Below are positions 19,890 to 28,248 of a DNA stretch of 64,000 nucleotides, piece by piece. The stretch comes from a virus: IMG/VR virus record IMGVR_UViG_3300034418_011550, positions 58,133 through 122,132 of that record; one strand, given 5' to 3'. Numbering within the stretch: position 1 is the first letter of the stretch; each line of letters starts with the position of its first letter. The translations under genes were made by a program, and so were the position numbers. Below the pieces are notes generated by a model. It ran no database searches and was not told where the DNA came from. It worked only from the letters and a program-made list of their open reading frames with translations.

Positions 19890-20733
19890 ACAAGCAGTAT
19901 TGTCACTAAGTGGAGGTATGGACAGCTCCACATTGTTGCTTCATCTACTTGCCGAGGGCTATGAAGTGACAGCACTGTCTTTTGACTACGGTCAAAAACA
20001 CTCTGTTGAATTAGAGCGAGCTAAGTCTTTAGTTGATTACTTAAATCAAGAACTTAGACCACAAGGTTACTCTAAAATTAATTATCAAGTAATTAAATTA
20101 GATGGATTATCTCAATTACTAAACTCAGCACTTGTAACTGGTGGAGATGAAGTTCCTGAAGGTCACTATGCTGAAGAAAATATGAAAGCAACAGTTGTAC
20201 CTAATCGAAACAAAATCTTTTCATCTATTATCCAATCAGTTGCTTTATCAATTGCTACTCAAAAAGATACAACTTGTGCAATAGCAATGGGGATACATAG
20301 TGGTGACCATGCAATTTATCCTGATTGTAGACAAGAATTTAGGGATATTGATTTTGAAGCATTTAAATCAGGTAACTGGGAATCAGAAAGAGTAGAAATG
20401 TATACTCCTTATTTAGATGGTGATAAGTTTACTATTTTAGAAGATGGTGAGAAATGTTGCAACCAGTTAAATATTGATTTTAATGCTGTTTATAAACGCA
20501 CTAATACGTCATATAAACCAATTCAACATATTGTTTATGACCAGTACGATAATCCATCTCCTGAGTGGTTTAGTGATTATAAGTCAGCATCATCTGTAGA
20601 ACGAGTAGAAGCTTTTATTAAATTAGGTAAACCTGATCCTGTAAGTTATGCAGATGAATTTGGACCAGTAACTTGGGATTTTGTAAAAGAGTATGTATCT
20701 TCAGTATTAGATGATTACGCGAAGACAGTATAA
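19882..20733 (+). CDS. queC: 7-cyano-7-deazaguanine synthase
   Basis: SGGMDS PP-loop, FDYGQKH, VPNRN, YPDCR. Confidence 0.9.
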   Translation: MNKQAVLSLSGGMDSSTLLLHLLAEGYEVTALSFDYGQKHSVELERAKSLVDYLNQELRPQGYSKINYQVIKLDGLSQLLNSALVTGGDEVPEGHYAEENMKATVVPNRNKIFSSIIQSVALSIATQKDTTCAIAMGIHSGDHAIYPDCRQEFRDIDFEAFKSGNWESERVEMYTPYLDGDKFTILEDGEKCCNQLNIDFNAVYKRTNTSYKPIQHIVYDQYDNPSPEWFSDYKSASSVERVEAFIKLGKPDPVSYADEFGPVTWDFVKEYVSSVLDDYAKTV

Positions 20734-20923
20734 AAAATCAAAACCATACCCATCAATGTATGTGGTGATTAATAAAGAAGGTGAAGTTTACACTGGTTTA
20801 ATAAGAGGTAATATTAATTGGTCTTATAACTGGTCTGAAGCAAAACCTCTATTTAAAGAATCAACAACTTGGCTCCTGAAACATAACCCAGGAGCCGAGT
20901 TAATTAATGAAAAAGAATTATGA
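20711..20923 (+). CDS. Hypothetical protein
   Basis: Overlapping ORF within the operon. Confidence 0.4.
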   Translation: MITRRQYKKSKPYPSMYVVINKEGEVYTGLIRGNINWSYNWSEAKPLFKESTTWLLKHNPGAELINEKEL

Positions 20924-21075
20924 AACACCCAGATCCAAAAAAACATCAAATTATTAGTTTTGTAAAATCAGCTATTAGAATAGTTGGTTATGGACTTATT
21001 CCATTTAGTTTGGTAACAGCAACTATTGTACTTATATTAAGTGAATTAATCGGAATTATAGAAGAATTAGTATGA
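20920..21075 (+). CDS. Small membrane protein (51 aa, not in ORF track)
   Basis: MKHPDPKKHQIISFVKSAIRIVGYGLIPFSLVTATIVLILSELIGIIEELV*; ATGA overlaps at both ends. Confidence 0.5.
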   Translation: MKHPDPKKHQIISFVKSAIRIVGYGLIPFSLVTATIVLILSELIGIIEELV

Positions 21076-21317
21076 AGAAATTATTTTATTTTACAGCTCC
21101 ATGGTGTGGACCATGCAAAATGTTAAGTCCTACTATGGAAAGAGTAGCCCAAGATACACCAGTAGAAAAAATCAATATTGATTATGAAATTGATAGGGCT
21201 AAAGCAGCTAATGTTATGAGTGTTCCTACAGTAATATTAGTAGAAAATGGACAAGAAGTTCGTCGATTTGTAGGAAACAGAAGTTATCAAGACATAATGA
21301 ATTTTATCAATGGGTAG
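21072..21317 (+). CDS. trxA: Thioredoxin
   Basis: WCGPC active site, SVPT cis-Pro loop. Confidence 0.9.
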   Translation: MKKLFYFTAPWCGPCKMLSPTMERVAQDTPVEKINIDYEIDRAKAANVMSVPTVILVENGQEVRRFVGNRSYQDIMNFING

Positions 21318-21774
21318 TTTTAGATCAACAAAAGTATTTGATGGTTACTCTACAGTGTTTCGTCAATGGAAAGCTGAGGGAACACATTGTAGATTCTTAC
21401 ATGGTTATGGAGTAAGTTTAAAAGTATGGTTTGAAGGTGAACTTGATGAACGTAATTGGGTTTGGGACTTTGGAGGTATGAAACGTGCTAAAGGTACTAT
21501 TGATGGTATGAATCCTAAAGCATGGTTAGATTATATGCTTGATCACACTACAATTGTAGCAGAGGATGATCCCTATCTCCCAGTATTTAAACAAATGGAA
21601 GCAGACAGTGTAATTCAATTACGAGTTATTCCAGCTACAGGAGCAGAACGTTTTGCTGAATATTTTTATAATAAGCTAAACGATTTTATACAAGCAGAAA
21701 CTAATGGTCGTGTTAAAGTAGTTCAAGTTGAATTCCGTGAACATGAAAAAAATACAGCATTTTATAAAGGTTAA
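21310..21774 (+). CDS. queD: 6-carboxy-5,6,7,8-tetrahydropterin synthase (QueD/PTPS family)
   Basis: HCRFLHGY, WVWDFG, LDH, GAERFAE, VEFREH; located within the que cluster. Confidence 0.8.
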   Translation: MGSFRSTKVFDGYSTVFRQWKAEGTHCRFLHGYGVSLKVWFEGELDERNWVWDFGGMKRAKGTIDGMNPKAWLDYMLDHTTIVAEDDPYLPVFKQMEADSVIQLRVIPATGAERFAEYFYNKLNDFIQAETNGRVKVVQVEFREHEKNTAFYKG

Positions 21775-21776
21775 TT

Positions 21777-22589
21777 ATGGATAGTAAAGTAACAGAAAAA
21801 CAATGGAACATTCAGGAACCAGGTCGTATCACAGATTATGATAAAAGGATTCCTGTATTAGAAATTTACCCTTGTGTTCAATCAGAAGGTTCAAGACAAG
21901 GTAGACCTACAATAGCTGTTCGAGTAACAGGTTGTACTCATAGATGTTGGTTTGGTGCTGGTGGTTGGTGTGACTCTTGGTACACAAGTATTCATCCTGA
22001 GAAAGGTGTTTATACATTTAATGATATTGTTAAAGCATATGATGAAAATCCTCATATTAGAGAGATGATGTTAACAGGAGGTTCACCAACAATGCAACCT
22101 GCCTTAGTAAATGAATTAACTCATTTTGCTTATCAAAGAGGTATTTTTATTACAATTGAAACTGAAGGATCTCATTTTATTAAAACTGATTACCCAATTG
22201 GTTTGATTAGTTTATCACCTAAGTTTAGTAATTCAATTCCTAAAATCGATGTTAATACTCCTATGGGTAAATTAGTTGACCAAAAAATGATTGACCAACA
22301 TAATAAATTCCGTTTGAATTATGATGCTATGAGAATGATGTTAGATCAACATGGTGATTATCATTTCAAACCAGTATGGGATGGTACTGAAGAAAATTTA
22401 GCTGAAATTGAAGCATTTAGAGTTAAAATGGATATTCCAAAATGGAAAACTTGGTTAATGCCTGCTGGTGATACTAGAGAGACATTAATTGAAATGTATC
22501 CTATCTCAATTGAAAAATGTATGGAAGTAGGTTATAACTGGACTGGTAGGGATCATATTATCAGTTACGATACTAAACGAGCTGTTTAA
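21777..22589 (+). CDS. queE: 7-carboxy-7-deazaguanine synthase (radical SAM)
   Basis: VQSEG, GRPTIAVRVTGC, CTHRCWFGAGGWCDS, LTGGSP, IETEG, SLSPK. Confidence 0.85.
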   Translation: MDSKVTEKQWNIQEPGRITDYDKRIPVLEIYPCVQSEGSRQGRPTIAVRVTGCTHRCWFGAGGWCDSWYTSIHPEKGVYTFNDIVKAYDENPHIREMMLTGGSPTMQPALVNELTHFAYQRGIFITIETEGSHFIKTDYPIGLISLSPKFSNSIPKIDVNTPMGKLVDQKMIDQHNKFRLNYDAMRMMLDQHGDYHFKPVWDGTEENLAEIEAFRVKMDIPKWKTWLMPAGDTRETLIEMYPISIEKCMEVGYNWTGRDHIISYDTKRAV

Positions 22590-22602
22590 TATTTATAATA
22601 AT

Positions 22603-22860
22603 ATGATGAGTTTAAAATTTAAGTATTTTTACAGTACAGGATGTGATGCTTGTAAACAGTTAAAACCTTTTATCTCTCAGTTTAAAGAAGAATTAAACAT
22701 AGAGATGATAAATGGAGATGAAAATGATCTTTTAATGGAAAGTTATAAGATTGATTGGTATCCAACCTTAGTTATGGAACATGAAGGTAATACTTGGAAA
22801 TTTGAAAGTCCAAAAGCAATAGAAGATTTTTTAACAAAAGCATCAAATGGTTCTCTTTAA
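22603..22860 (+). CDS. Thioredoxin/glutaredoxin-like protein
   Basis: CDAC motif, YPT cis-Pro loop. Confidence 0.7.
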   Translation: MMSLKFKYFYSTGCDACKQLKPFISQFKEELNIEMINGDENDLLMESYKIDWYPTLVMEHEGNTWKFESPKAIEDFLTKASNGSL

Positions 22861-23347
22861 CGAAACAGAAATTAAAAACAAAGTAGGTGAAATTGCCTAC
22901 ATGATTAAAAAAAGATATCACGAACAACCTCCTGTACTTATTTGTGTTTTAAACGGCGCTTTTATGTTTTTCACAGATTTAGTGAAACATATGGATGACT
23001 GCTATATAGACTTTATACGTGCGAAATCCTACAATGATACTACACAGGGCGAAATCTATATCACAAAACAAATCGAAATGGATATTACTGGAAAAGATGT
23101 TTACATTATTGACGACATTTATGATTCAGGTAATACTATGAACCGCCTAGTTAAACATGTTAGTTATGGTAATCCAAAATCAATCACTCCAGTAACATTG
23201 TTTAAAAGACACACTGCTGAAAATGATGATTTAATTTATGGGTTTAATTTAGAAAATGAATACTTTTTAGTAGGTTATGGTTTAGATGGAGTAGGTGATT
23301 TAAAACGCAATCAAAAATACATTACTGGATTAATGAGTGATGATTAA
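22847..23347 (+). CDS. hpt: Hypoxanthine-guanine phosphoribosyltransferase-like enzyme
   Basis: CVLNGAFMFFTDL, PRPP-binding IIDDIYDSGNT, FLVGYGLD. Confidence 0.85.
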   Translation: MVLFNETEIKNKVGEIAYMIKKRYHEQPPVLICVLNGAFMFFTDLVKHMDDCYIDFIRAKSYNDTTQGEIYITKQIEMDITGKDVYIIDDIYDSGNTMNRLVKHVSYGNPKSITPVTLFKRHTAENDDLIYGFNLENEYFLVGYGLDGVGDLKRNQKYITGLMSDD

Positions 23348-23394
23348 TTTAATTTGGTTCTTTTAAAATTAGTTATTATATTAAAGTATAAGTT

Positions 23395-24084
23395 ATGAAT
23401 AATAAGACATTTAAACTAGATTTAGAAGTAGTAAAAACAGGTTATGCTAATGGTATAGCTCCTGGTTTTCCATTAACTGAAAAAGAAAAATGGTCAATGG
23501 TAGATGAAGCAGCTGAAGCATATGGTAAGTTTTTAGATGCTTTAGGATGTGATTGGAGAAATGATCCCAATAGCTCAGATACACCTCGTCGTGTAGCTAA
23601 AGCATATGTTTTTGATTTGTGGAAAGGTCGTTATGATGCTCCTACAGACATTACCTCATTTCCAAGTGATGGCTATGATGGTATTGTAATTGAACGAAAC
23701 ATTCCTCTTACCTCAATGTGTTCACATCACCACCAAACAATTGGAGGAGTAGTTCATATTGGTTATGTAGTAGGTGAAAACGGTTCAGTAATTGGGTTGT
23801 CTAAATTGAATCGTATTGTAGAACATTTTGGCCGTCGTGGAGCTATTCAAGAACAACTTACTTCAGCTATTCATCAAGCTGTAGATAAAATTTGTGAAAA
23901 CAATAAAGGTGTTATTGTTACTATAGTTGCTACTCACAATTGTGTTTCATGTAGAGGTGTTAAACATCAAGGAGCTTCAATGGTAACTACTAAAGCATCA
24001 GGTGTGTTCTTAAATAATGAAAACCAAGCACGTAAGGAATTCTTTGACAGCTTGAAAATCAATAACGGAGGTCATCAAATCTAA
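23395..24084 (+). CDS. folE: GTP cyclohydrolase I
   Basis: DTPRRVAK, SMCSHH, GLSKLNR, QEQLT, HNCVSCRG. Confidence 0.93.
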   Translation: MNNKTFKLDLEVVKTGYANGIAPGFPLTEKEKWSMVDEAAEAYGKFLDALGCDWRNDPNSSDTPRRVAKAYVFDLWKGRYDAPTDITSFPSDGYDGIVIERNIPLTSMCSHHHQTIGGVVHIGYVVGENGSVIGLSKLNRIVEHFGRRGAIQEQLTSAIHQAVDKICENNKGVIVTIVATHNCVSCRGVKHQGASMVTTKASGVFLNNENQARKEFFDSLKINNGGHQI

Positions 24085-24254
24085 TGAAACTAGGTGGTTT
24101 TGTTGAATTGTTAATTAAAATAATTACCTTTGGACAAGGCCATCGAATTGCTTTATTCATAGCTAAAAAAATGGGCTATGATGATTGTGGTTGTAAAGCA
24201 AGAAAAGACAAACTAGACTTGTTTTGGGATAAAGTTTTAAATAAATTAAAATAA
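24084..24254 (+). CDS. Small hypothetical protein with a DCGC motif (56 aa, not in ORF track)
   Basis: MKLGGFVELLIKIITFGQG...YDDCGCKARKDKLD; TAATG overlap with folE. Confidence 0.5.
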   Translation: MKLGGFVELLIKIITFGQGHRIALFIAKKMGYDDCGCKARKDKLDLFWDKVLNKLK

Positions 24255-24255
24255 T

Positions 24256-24753
24256 ATGTTATTAAATTCAAATCAAATTTCAAATTATATCATTGAGTCA
24301 GATTTTTCAAAACGAGCTCAAATTGGTATTGACTTATCAGCAGCAAAAATTGAACGTATTGATGTAGGTTCTTCTGTTTACACAGATAAAACTCATATTG
24401 ATCCTACAGGTTATGTAGAAATGCCTACTTGGAGTATTGATGGTAAAGAATGTTGGCGCCTAGAAAAAGGTATTTACTCAGTTACTTTTAATGAAGGAAT
24501 TAAAGTACCAGCTGATTGTGCTGCTAAAATTACTCACCGTTCTTCCTTATATCGTACAGGAACAATTATTGAATCACCTTGGTGGGACCCAGGTTTTCAT
24601 TGCGAACAAATGAATACAACAATGATAGTAAACAGCATTATTATCATTGAAAAAAATGCTCGAGTTGCTCAAATTGCTTTTTGGCGTGTTGAAGAAGTAG
24701 GTGAGCAGTATAATGGACAGTGGCAAGGTCTTAATACAGCTTATAAAAAATAA
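24256..24753 (+). CDS. Trimeric dUTPase / dCTP deaminase family protein
   Basis: GIDL, HRSSLYRTG, WDPGF, RVAQI, YNGQWQG. Confidence 0.75.
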   Translation: MLLNSNQISNYIIESDFSKRAQIGIDLSAAKIERIDVGSSVYTDKTHIDPTGYVEMPTWSIDGKECWRLEKGIYSVTFNEGIKVPADCAAKITHRSSLYRTGTIIESPWWDPGFHCEQMNTTMIVNSIIIIEKNARVAQIAFWRVEEVGEQYNGQWQGLNTAYKK

Positions 24754-24929
24754 TGAAGTTTTGTATTAGTTGTAATACAGAAAAACCACTTCATGAATTT
24801 TATAGAAATGTTCTTAATAAAGATGGACGTACTGAAAAATGCAAATACTGTTTAGATGGTGAAGCTATAGATAGGTATGTTTCTTTATTAGAAAAAGATC
24901 AAATTCGAAGAAAAAAAAGAAAAAAATAA
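24753..24929 (+). CDS. Small CxxC...CxxC zinc-finger protein (58 aa, not in ORF track)
   Basis: MKFCISCNTEKPLHEFYRN..NKDGRTEKCKYC, like the N-terminal finger of phage HNH homing endonucleases. Confidence 0.5.
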   Translation: MKFCISCNTEKPLHEFYRNVLNKDGRTEKCKYCLDGEAIDRYVSLLEKDQIRRKKRKK

Positions 24930-24959
24930 GTCCCTATATTTTAGACTTAATCTATATAA

Positions 24960-25039
24960 GTTCCCCATTTTGGGTACATAAATAATATTATGTTCCCCAT
25001 TTTGGGGAATCTTTAAAAAATTGGTTCCCCAAAGTTTGG
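24960..25039. repeat. Three GTTCCCCA-core repeats at exact 32-bp spacing
   Basis: Cores start at 24960, 24992 and 25024; copies 1 and 2 share GTTCCCCATTTTGGG. Confidence 0.85.
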
Positions 25040-25100
25040 CCCTTGTATATATTTTTATTATATTTATTACCATCAAATCAATCAATTAATTAAACAAAAG

Positions 25101-25565
25101 ATGAAAAAATTATTATTTAGCTTGTTAGCAATCGGAATGATTGGATCAAGTGTAGCTCAAATGGCAATCCCAGGTGCAGTATTTGCAGACAATGCAGTAC
25201 GTTTTAACGGACGTAAAGTAACTCTTAAAAACGTTCAAGTTGATATGACATCTCAAATGTCTGTAGCAACAGGAGCAATAGCACCAGCTCCATTAAATGG
25301 TCCAGCAACAGCTTTAACTCCAGGAACAATTGGACCTGTAGGACCAGTAGCAGTTCAAGCACCTTGTCGTCCACCAAGAGGATTTTCTCAAGTGGATATC
25401 AAGTTCTTAGAGAAACCAGAATTTAAAGCTTGTTTCTTTATGGCTGATGTAATGTTAAATGTTTTAAAGCGTGATGCTGGTGGACAGAGTGTAGATGCTC
25501 AAATTACTTTTAGAGGTGATGCACGTACTGGATACAATGTATCTTTTTATAAATTAGGTAAGTAA
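25101..25565 (+). CDS. Secreted/periplasmic hypothetical protein
   Basis: Signal peptide MKKLLFSLLAIGMIGSSVA|Q; Pro/Ala-rich linker. Confidence 0.6.
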   Translation: MKKLLFSLLAIGMIGSSVAQMAIPGAVFADNAVRFNGRKVTLKNVQVDMTSQMSVATGAIAPAPLNGPATALTPGTIGPVGPVAVQAPCRPPRGFSQVDIKFLEKPEFKACFFMADVMLNVLKRDAGGQSVDAQITFRGDARTGYNVSFYKLGK

Positions 25566-25588
25566 TTATTTTTAACTACAAATAAATT

Positions 25589-25621
25589 AGGCTTGGGCAA
25601 CCAAGCCTTTTTTGTTATGTT
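25589..25621 (+). terminator. GNRA hairpin terminator overlapping the polB promoter
   Basis: AGGCTTGG-GCAA-CCAAGCCT followed by a T-run; TTGGGC-N17-TATGTT. Confidence 0.7.
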
Positions 25622-25628
25622 AACGCTA

Positions 25629-28223
25629 ATGTATCAGGCTTTATACTACGATAAAGAAGAAAGACAATATTATCTGAGAGATGATAGAAGTAAAAACTTT
25701 AAAACACTTCAATATTGGCCTACTTTCTATCAACCGGACCCAGATGGTGAATATGAAACATTAGAAGGTACTAGAGTTTCACCTACTAGAAAGATGCATG
25801 ATTGGAAAGATCCTAAATATTTTGAAAAGGATGTAGATAAAATCACTCGTTTTTTAGTAGACCATTATTATGAATCAGATGAAACTCCTAAATATCATAA
25901 CACAGTTTATTTAGATATTGAGTGTGAGGTAGCGGGAGCATTAACACCTGAAAATATCAGTGATCCAAAAGGTAAAATAACAGCTGTTGCTTTATATGAT
26001 GCTAACTCTAAAAAGTACTATTGTTTACTTTTAGATGAAAGCCAAACACTTAAAAGCATAACTGAAAAAGATAAAGAAGTTATTCCATTTGGTAGTGAAA
26101 AAGAATTATTACATGGTTTTCTAGATAAATGGTATGAATTAGACCCAACTATTATTACAGGTTGGAATAGTGGTTTCTTTGATATACCTTATCTTTATCA
26201 TAGAATTTCTAAAGTACTAGGAGAATCAGTCGCCCAAACATTATCTCCTATTGGTAAAGTAAAAATTACACCTCAATTTCCTGACCAACCTGTTAATTTA
26301 GGAGGTATTAATCACCTAGACTATATGCTTTTATTTAAAAAGTATATTATGAAACAGGAACCATCTTATCGTTTAGGTGACATAGGTAAAAAATATGCTA
26401 AACTAGAAAAGATTGAGTATGAAGGTTCACTTGATAAATTATTTAAAGAAGACATTCAGAAGTTTATTGAATACAACTTACGAGATGTAGAGATTATTGT
26501 TGAACTAGAGAATAAACTTAAATTTATTGAGTTAACAGTCACCATTTGTCATTTATGTCATGTTGAATATGAAAACATTTATTTTTCAACTATGCTAAAT
26601 GAAGGTGCTATTTTAACTTATTTGAAACGAAAAGGTATAGTTTCACCTAATAAACCTACTACTTATAATCCTTTACTAAGAACAATAGAGGAAGAATATG
26701 CTGGTGGTTATTTAAAAGATCCTGTACCTGGTTTGTATGAATGGGTTATTGATTTGGACTTTACTTCATTGTATCCCTCCATTATACGTTCTTTAAACAT
26801 GGGTATTGAAACTTTGGTTGGACGTGTTGTTAATAGAGGAAAATTTGATAATCAATGGTCTTTGAGAGAACTCAAAGAAATGAATCAAGACCAAGTACTT
26901 AGAATTGAAAAAATTAAAAAAGACAGGTCAATATCCACCTCTGAAATTACTGTAGCTGATTTAATTTCTATTATTGAAGAAAATGATTTAATTATTTCAG
27001 CACCAGGAGTAATATTCAGAAAAGATAAATCAAGTGTTGTTTGTGAAATTTTAACTGACTGGTTTGCTAAAAGACAAGAGTATAAAAAACTCATGAAAAA
27101 AGCATATAAGGAAGATAATGACCCTGTTATGGGAGAATTTTATAATAAACGACAACATGCTTATAAAATTAAGCTGAATGATGTTTATGGTGTATTTGCT
27201 ATTAATGGTTGGAGATACACTGATGGTAATAAATTTATTAGTAAAGCAATTACTTTAACAGGTCAGCGTTTGACTCAAGAAAGTATTAAGTTTGTTAATA
27301 AATGGATGAATGAACAACTAGGTACAGAAGATAAAGACTATATTGTTACTTCAGATACTGACTCACTTTTTATTCAAGTAAAAGATCTAATTCTACAACG
27401 TAAACCAGAGTTAGAAGGTGCTGATAGAGAAACAATTGTAAAAGAAGTACTACAAGTAGCTACTGAGGTTCAAAGAGTAGCAAATGAAAACCTACATGTT
27501 CTAGTTCAAGAATTGTTTAATGTTAAATATCCTGACGAACCTCATTATTTTGAGTTGAAACAAGAAGTTGTACTTGATAGAGGTTATTTTGCAGGTAAGA
27601 GGAGATACGCCCAACATATTGTTAATAAAGAAGGTGTACCAACAGATGAGCTAGATGTTAAAGGATTAGATTTGATGAAATCAAACTTTCCACCTTTGTT
27701 TAGGAAGTTTGGAGAACATCTTATTAATGAAATTATGTTTGGTAAACCTAAAGTTGATATTGATAAACAAATATTAGACTTTAGAACTGAATTAAGAACT
27801 ATTGATTGGAGGAAAATTCTTAAACCTACTGGTTTAAAGAAAATGAGTGAATATTTAGCTGCTCCTCCTCGTTCTGGGGAAATATTTTCTAAGTTAGGTT
27901 TAAAATGTCCTATCAATACTAAAGCAGCTATTATATATAATGACATTTTAAGATTTAAAAAATTAGATAAAAAATACCCAACGTTTCAAATTGGTGATAA
28001 AATGTATATTGCTTATTTGAAAGCTAACCCTTACCGAGTTGATGTTATCGGATTTAATGGTTTTAATGATCCTCCTGAAATTATGGAATTAATTGAAAAA
28101 TATATAGACAGAGATGGGTTATTTGATTCTGTATTAAAAAATAAACTAGAATCCTTATATTCAGATTTAGGATGGGGTGCAGTAGTACTTAATCAAAATA
28201 TCAATAAATTCTTTAGTTTCTAG
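25629..28223 (+). CDS. Family-B replicative DNA polymerase with 3'-5' exonuclease (T4 gp43-like)
   Basis: Exo YLDIE and GWNSGFFD; DFTSLYPSII, KIKLNDVYG, SDTDS, GKRRY, KGL. Start moved to 25629, downstream of the promoter. Confidence 0.93.
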   Translation: MYQALYYDKEERQYYLRDDRSKNFKTLQYWPTFYQPDPDGEYETLEGTRVSPTRKMHDWKDPKYFEKDVDKITRFLVDHYYESDETPKYHNTVYLDIECEVAGALTPENISDPKGKITAVALYDANSKKYYCLLLDESQTLKSITEKDKEVIPFGSEKELLHGFLDKWYELDPTIITGWNSGFFDIPYLYHRISKVLGESVAQTLSPIGKVKITPQFPDQPVNLGGINHLDYMLLFKKYIMKQEPSYRLGDIGKKYAKLEKIEYEGSLDKLFKEDIQKFIEYNLRDVEIIVELENKLKFIELTVTICHLCHVEYENIYFSTMLNEGAILTYLKRKGIVSPNKPTTYNPLLRTIEEEYAGGYLKDPVPGLYEWVIDLDFTSLYPSIIRSLNMGIETLVGRVVNRGKFDNQWSLRELKEMNQDQVLRIEKIKKDRSISTSEITVADLISIIEENDLIISAPGVIFRKDKSSVVCEILTDWFAKRQEYKKLMKKAYKEDNDPVMGEFYNKRQHAYKIKLNDVYGVFAINGWRYTDGNKFISKAITLTGQRLTQESIKFVNKWMNEQLGTEDKDYIVTSDTDSLFIQVKDLILQRKPELEGADRETIVKEVLQVATEVQRVANENLHVLVQELFNVKYPDEPHYFELKQEVVLDRGYFAGKRRYAQHIVNKEGVPTDELDVKGLDLMKSNFPPLFRKFGEHLINEIMFGKPKVDIDKQILDFRTELRTIDWRKILKPTGLKKMSEYLAAPPRSGEIFSKLGLKCPINTKAAIIYNDILRFKKLDKKYPTFQIGDKMYIAYLKANPYRVDVIGFNGFNDPPEIMELIEKYIDRDGLFDSVLKNKLESLYSDLGWGAVVLNQNINKFFSF

Positions 28224-28248
28224 TTTTTTAACCATATTTATTCATGAT

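Noticed and set aside
24960-25039. Triple repeat as a mini CRISPR array
   Set aside because: The conserved core is only 8-15 bp with ~17-24-bp spacers, too short for CRISPR repeats and spacers.
24888-25085. Minus-strand 65-aa ORF across the repeat region
   Set aside because: It overlaps the promoter and repeat array and its sequence simply mirrors the repeats; a non-coding regulatory role explains the region better.
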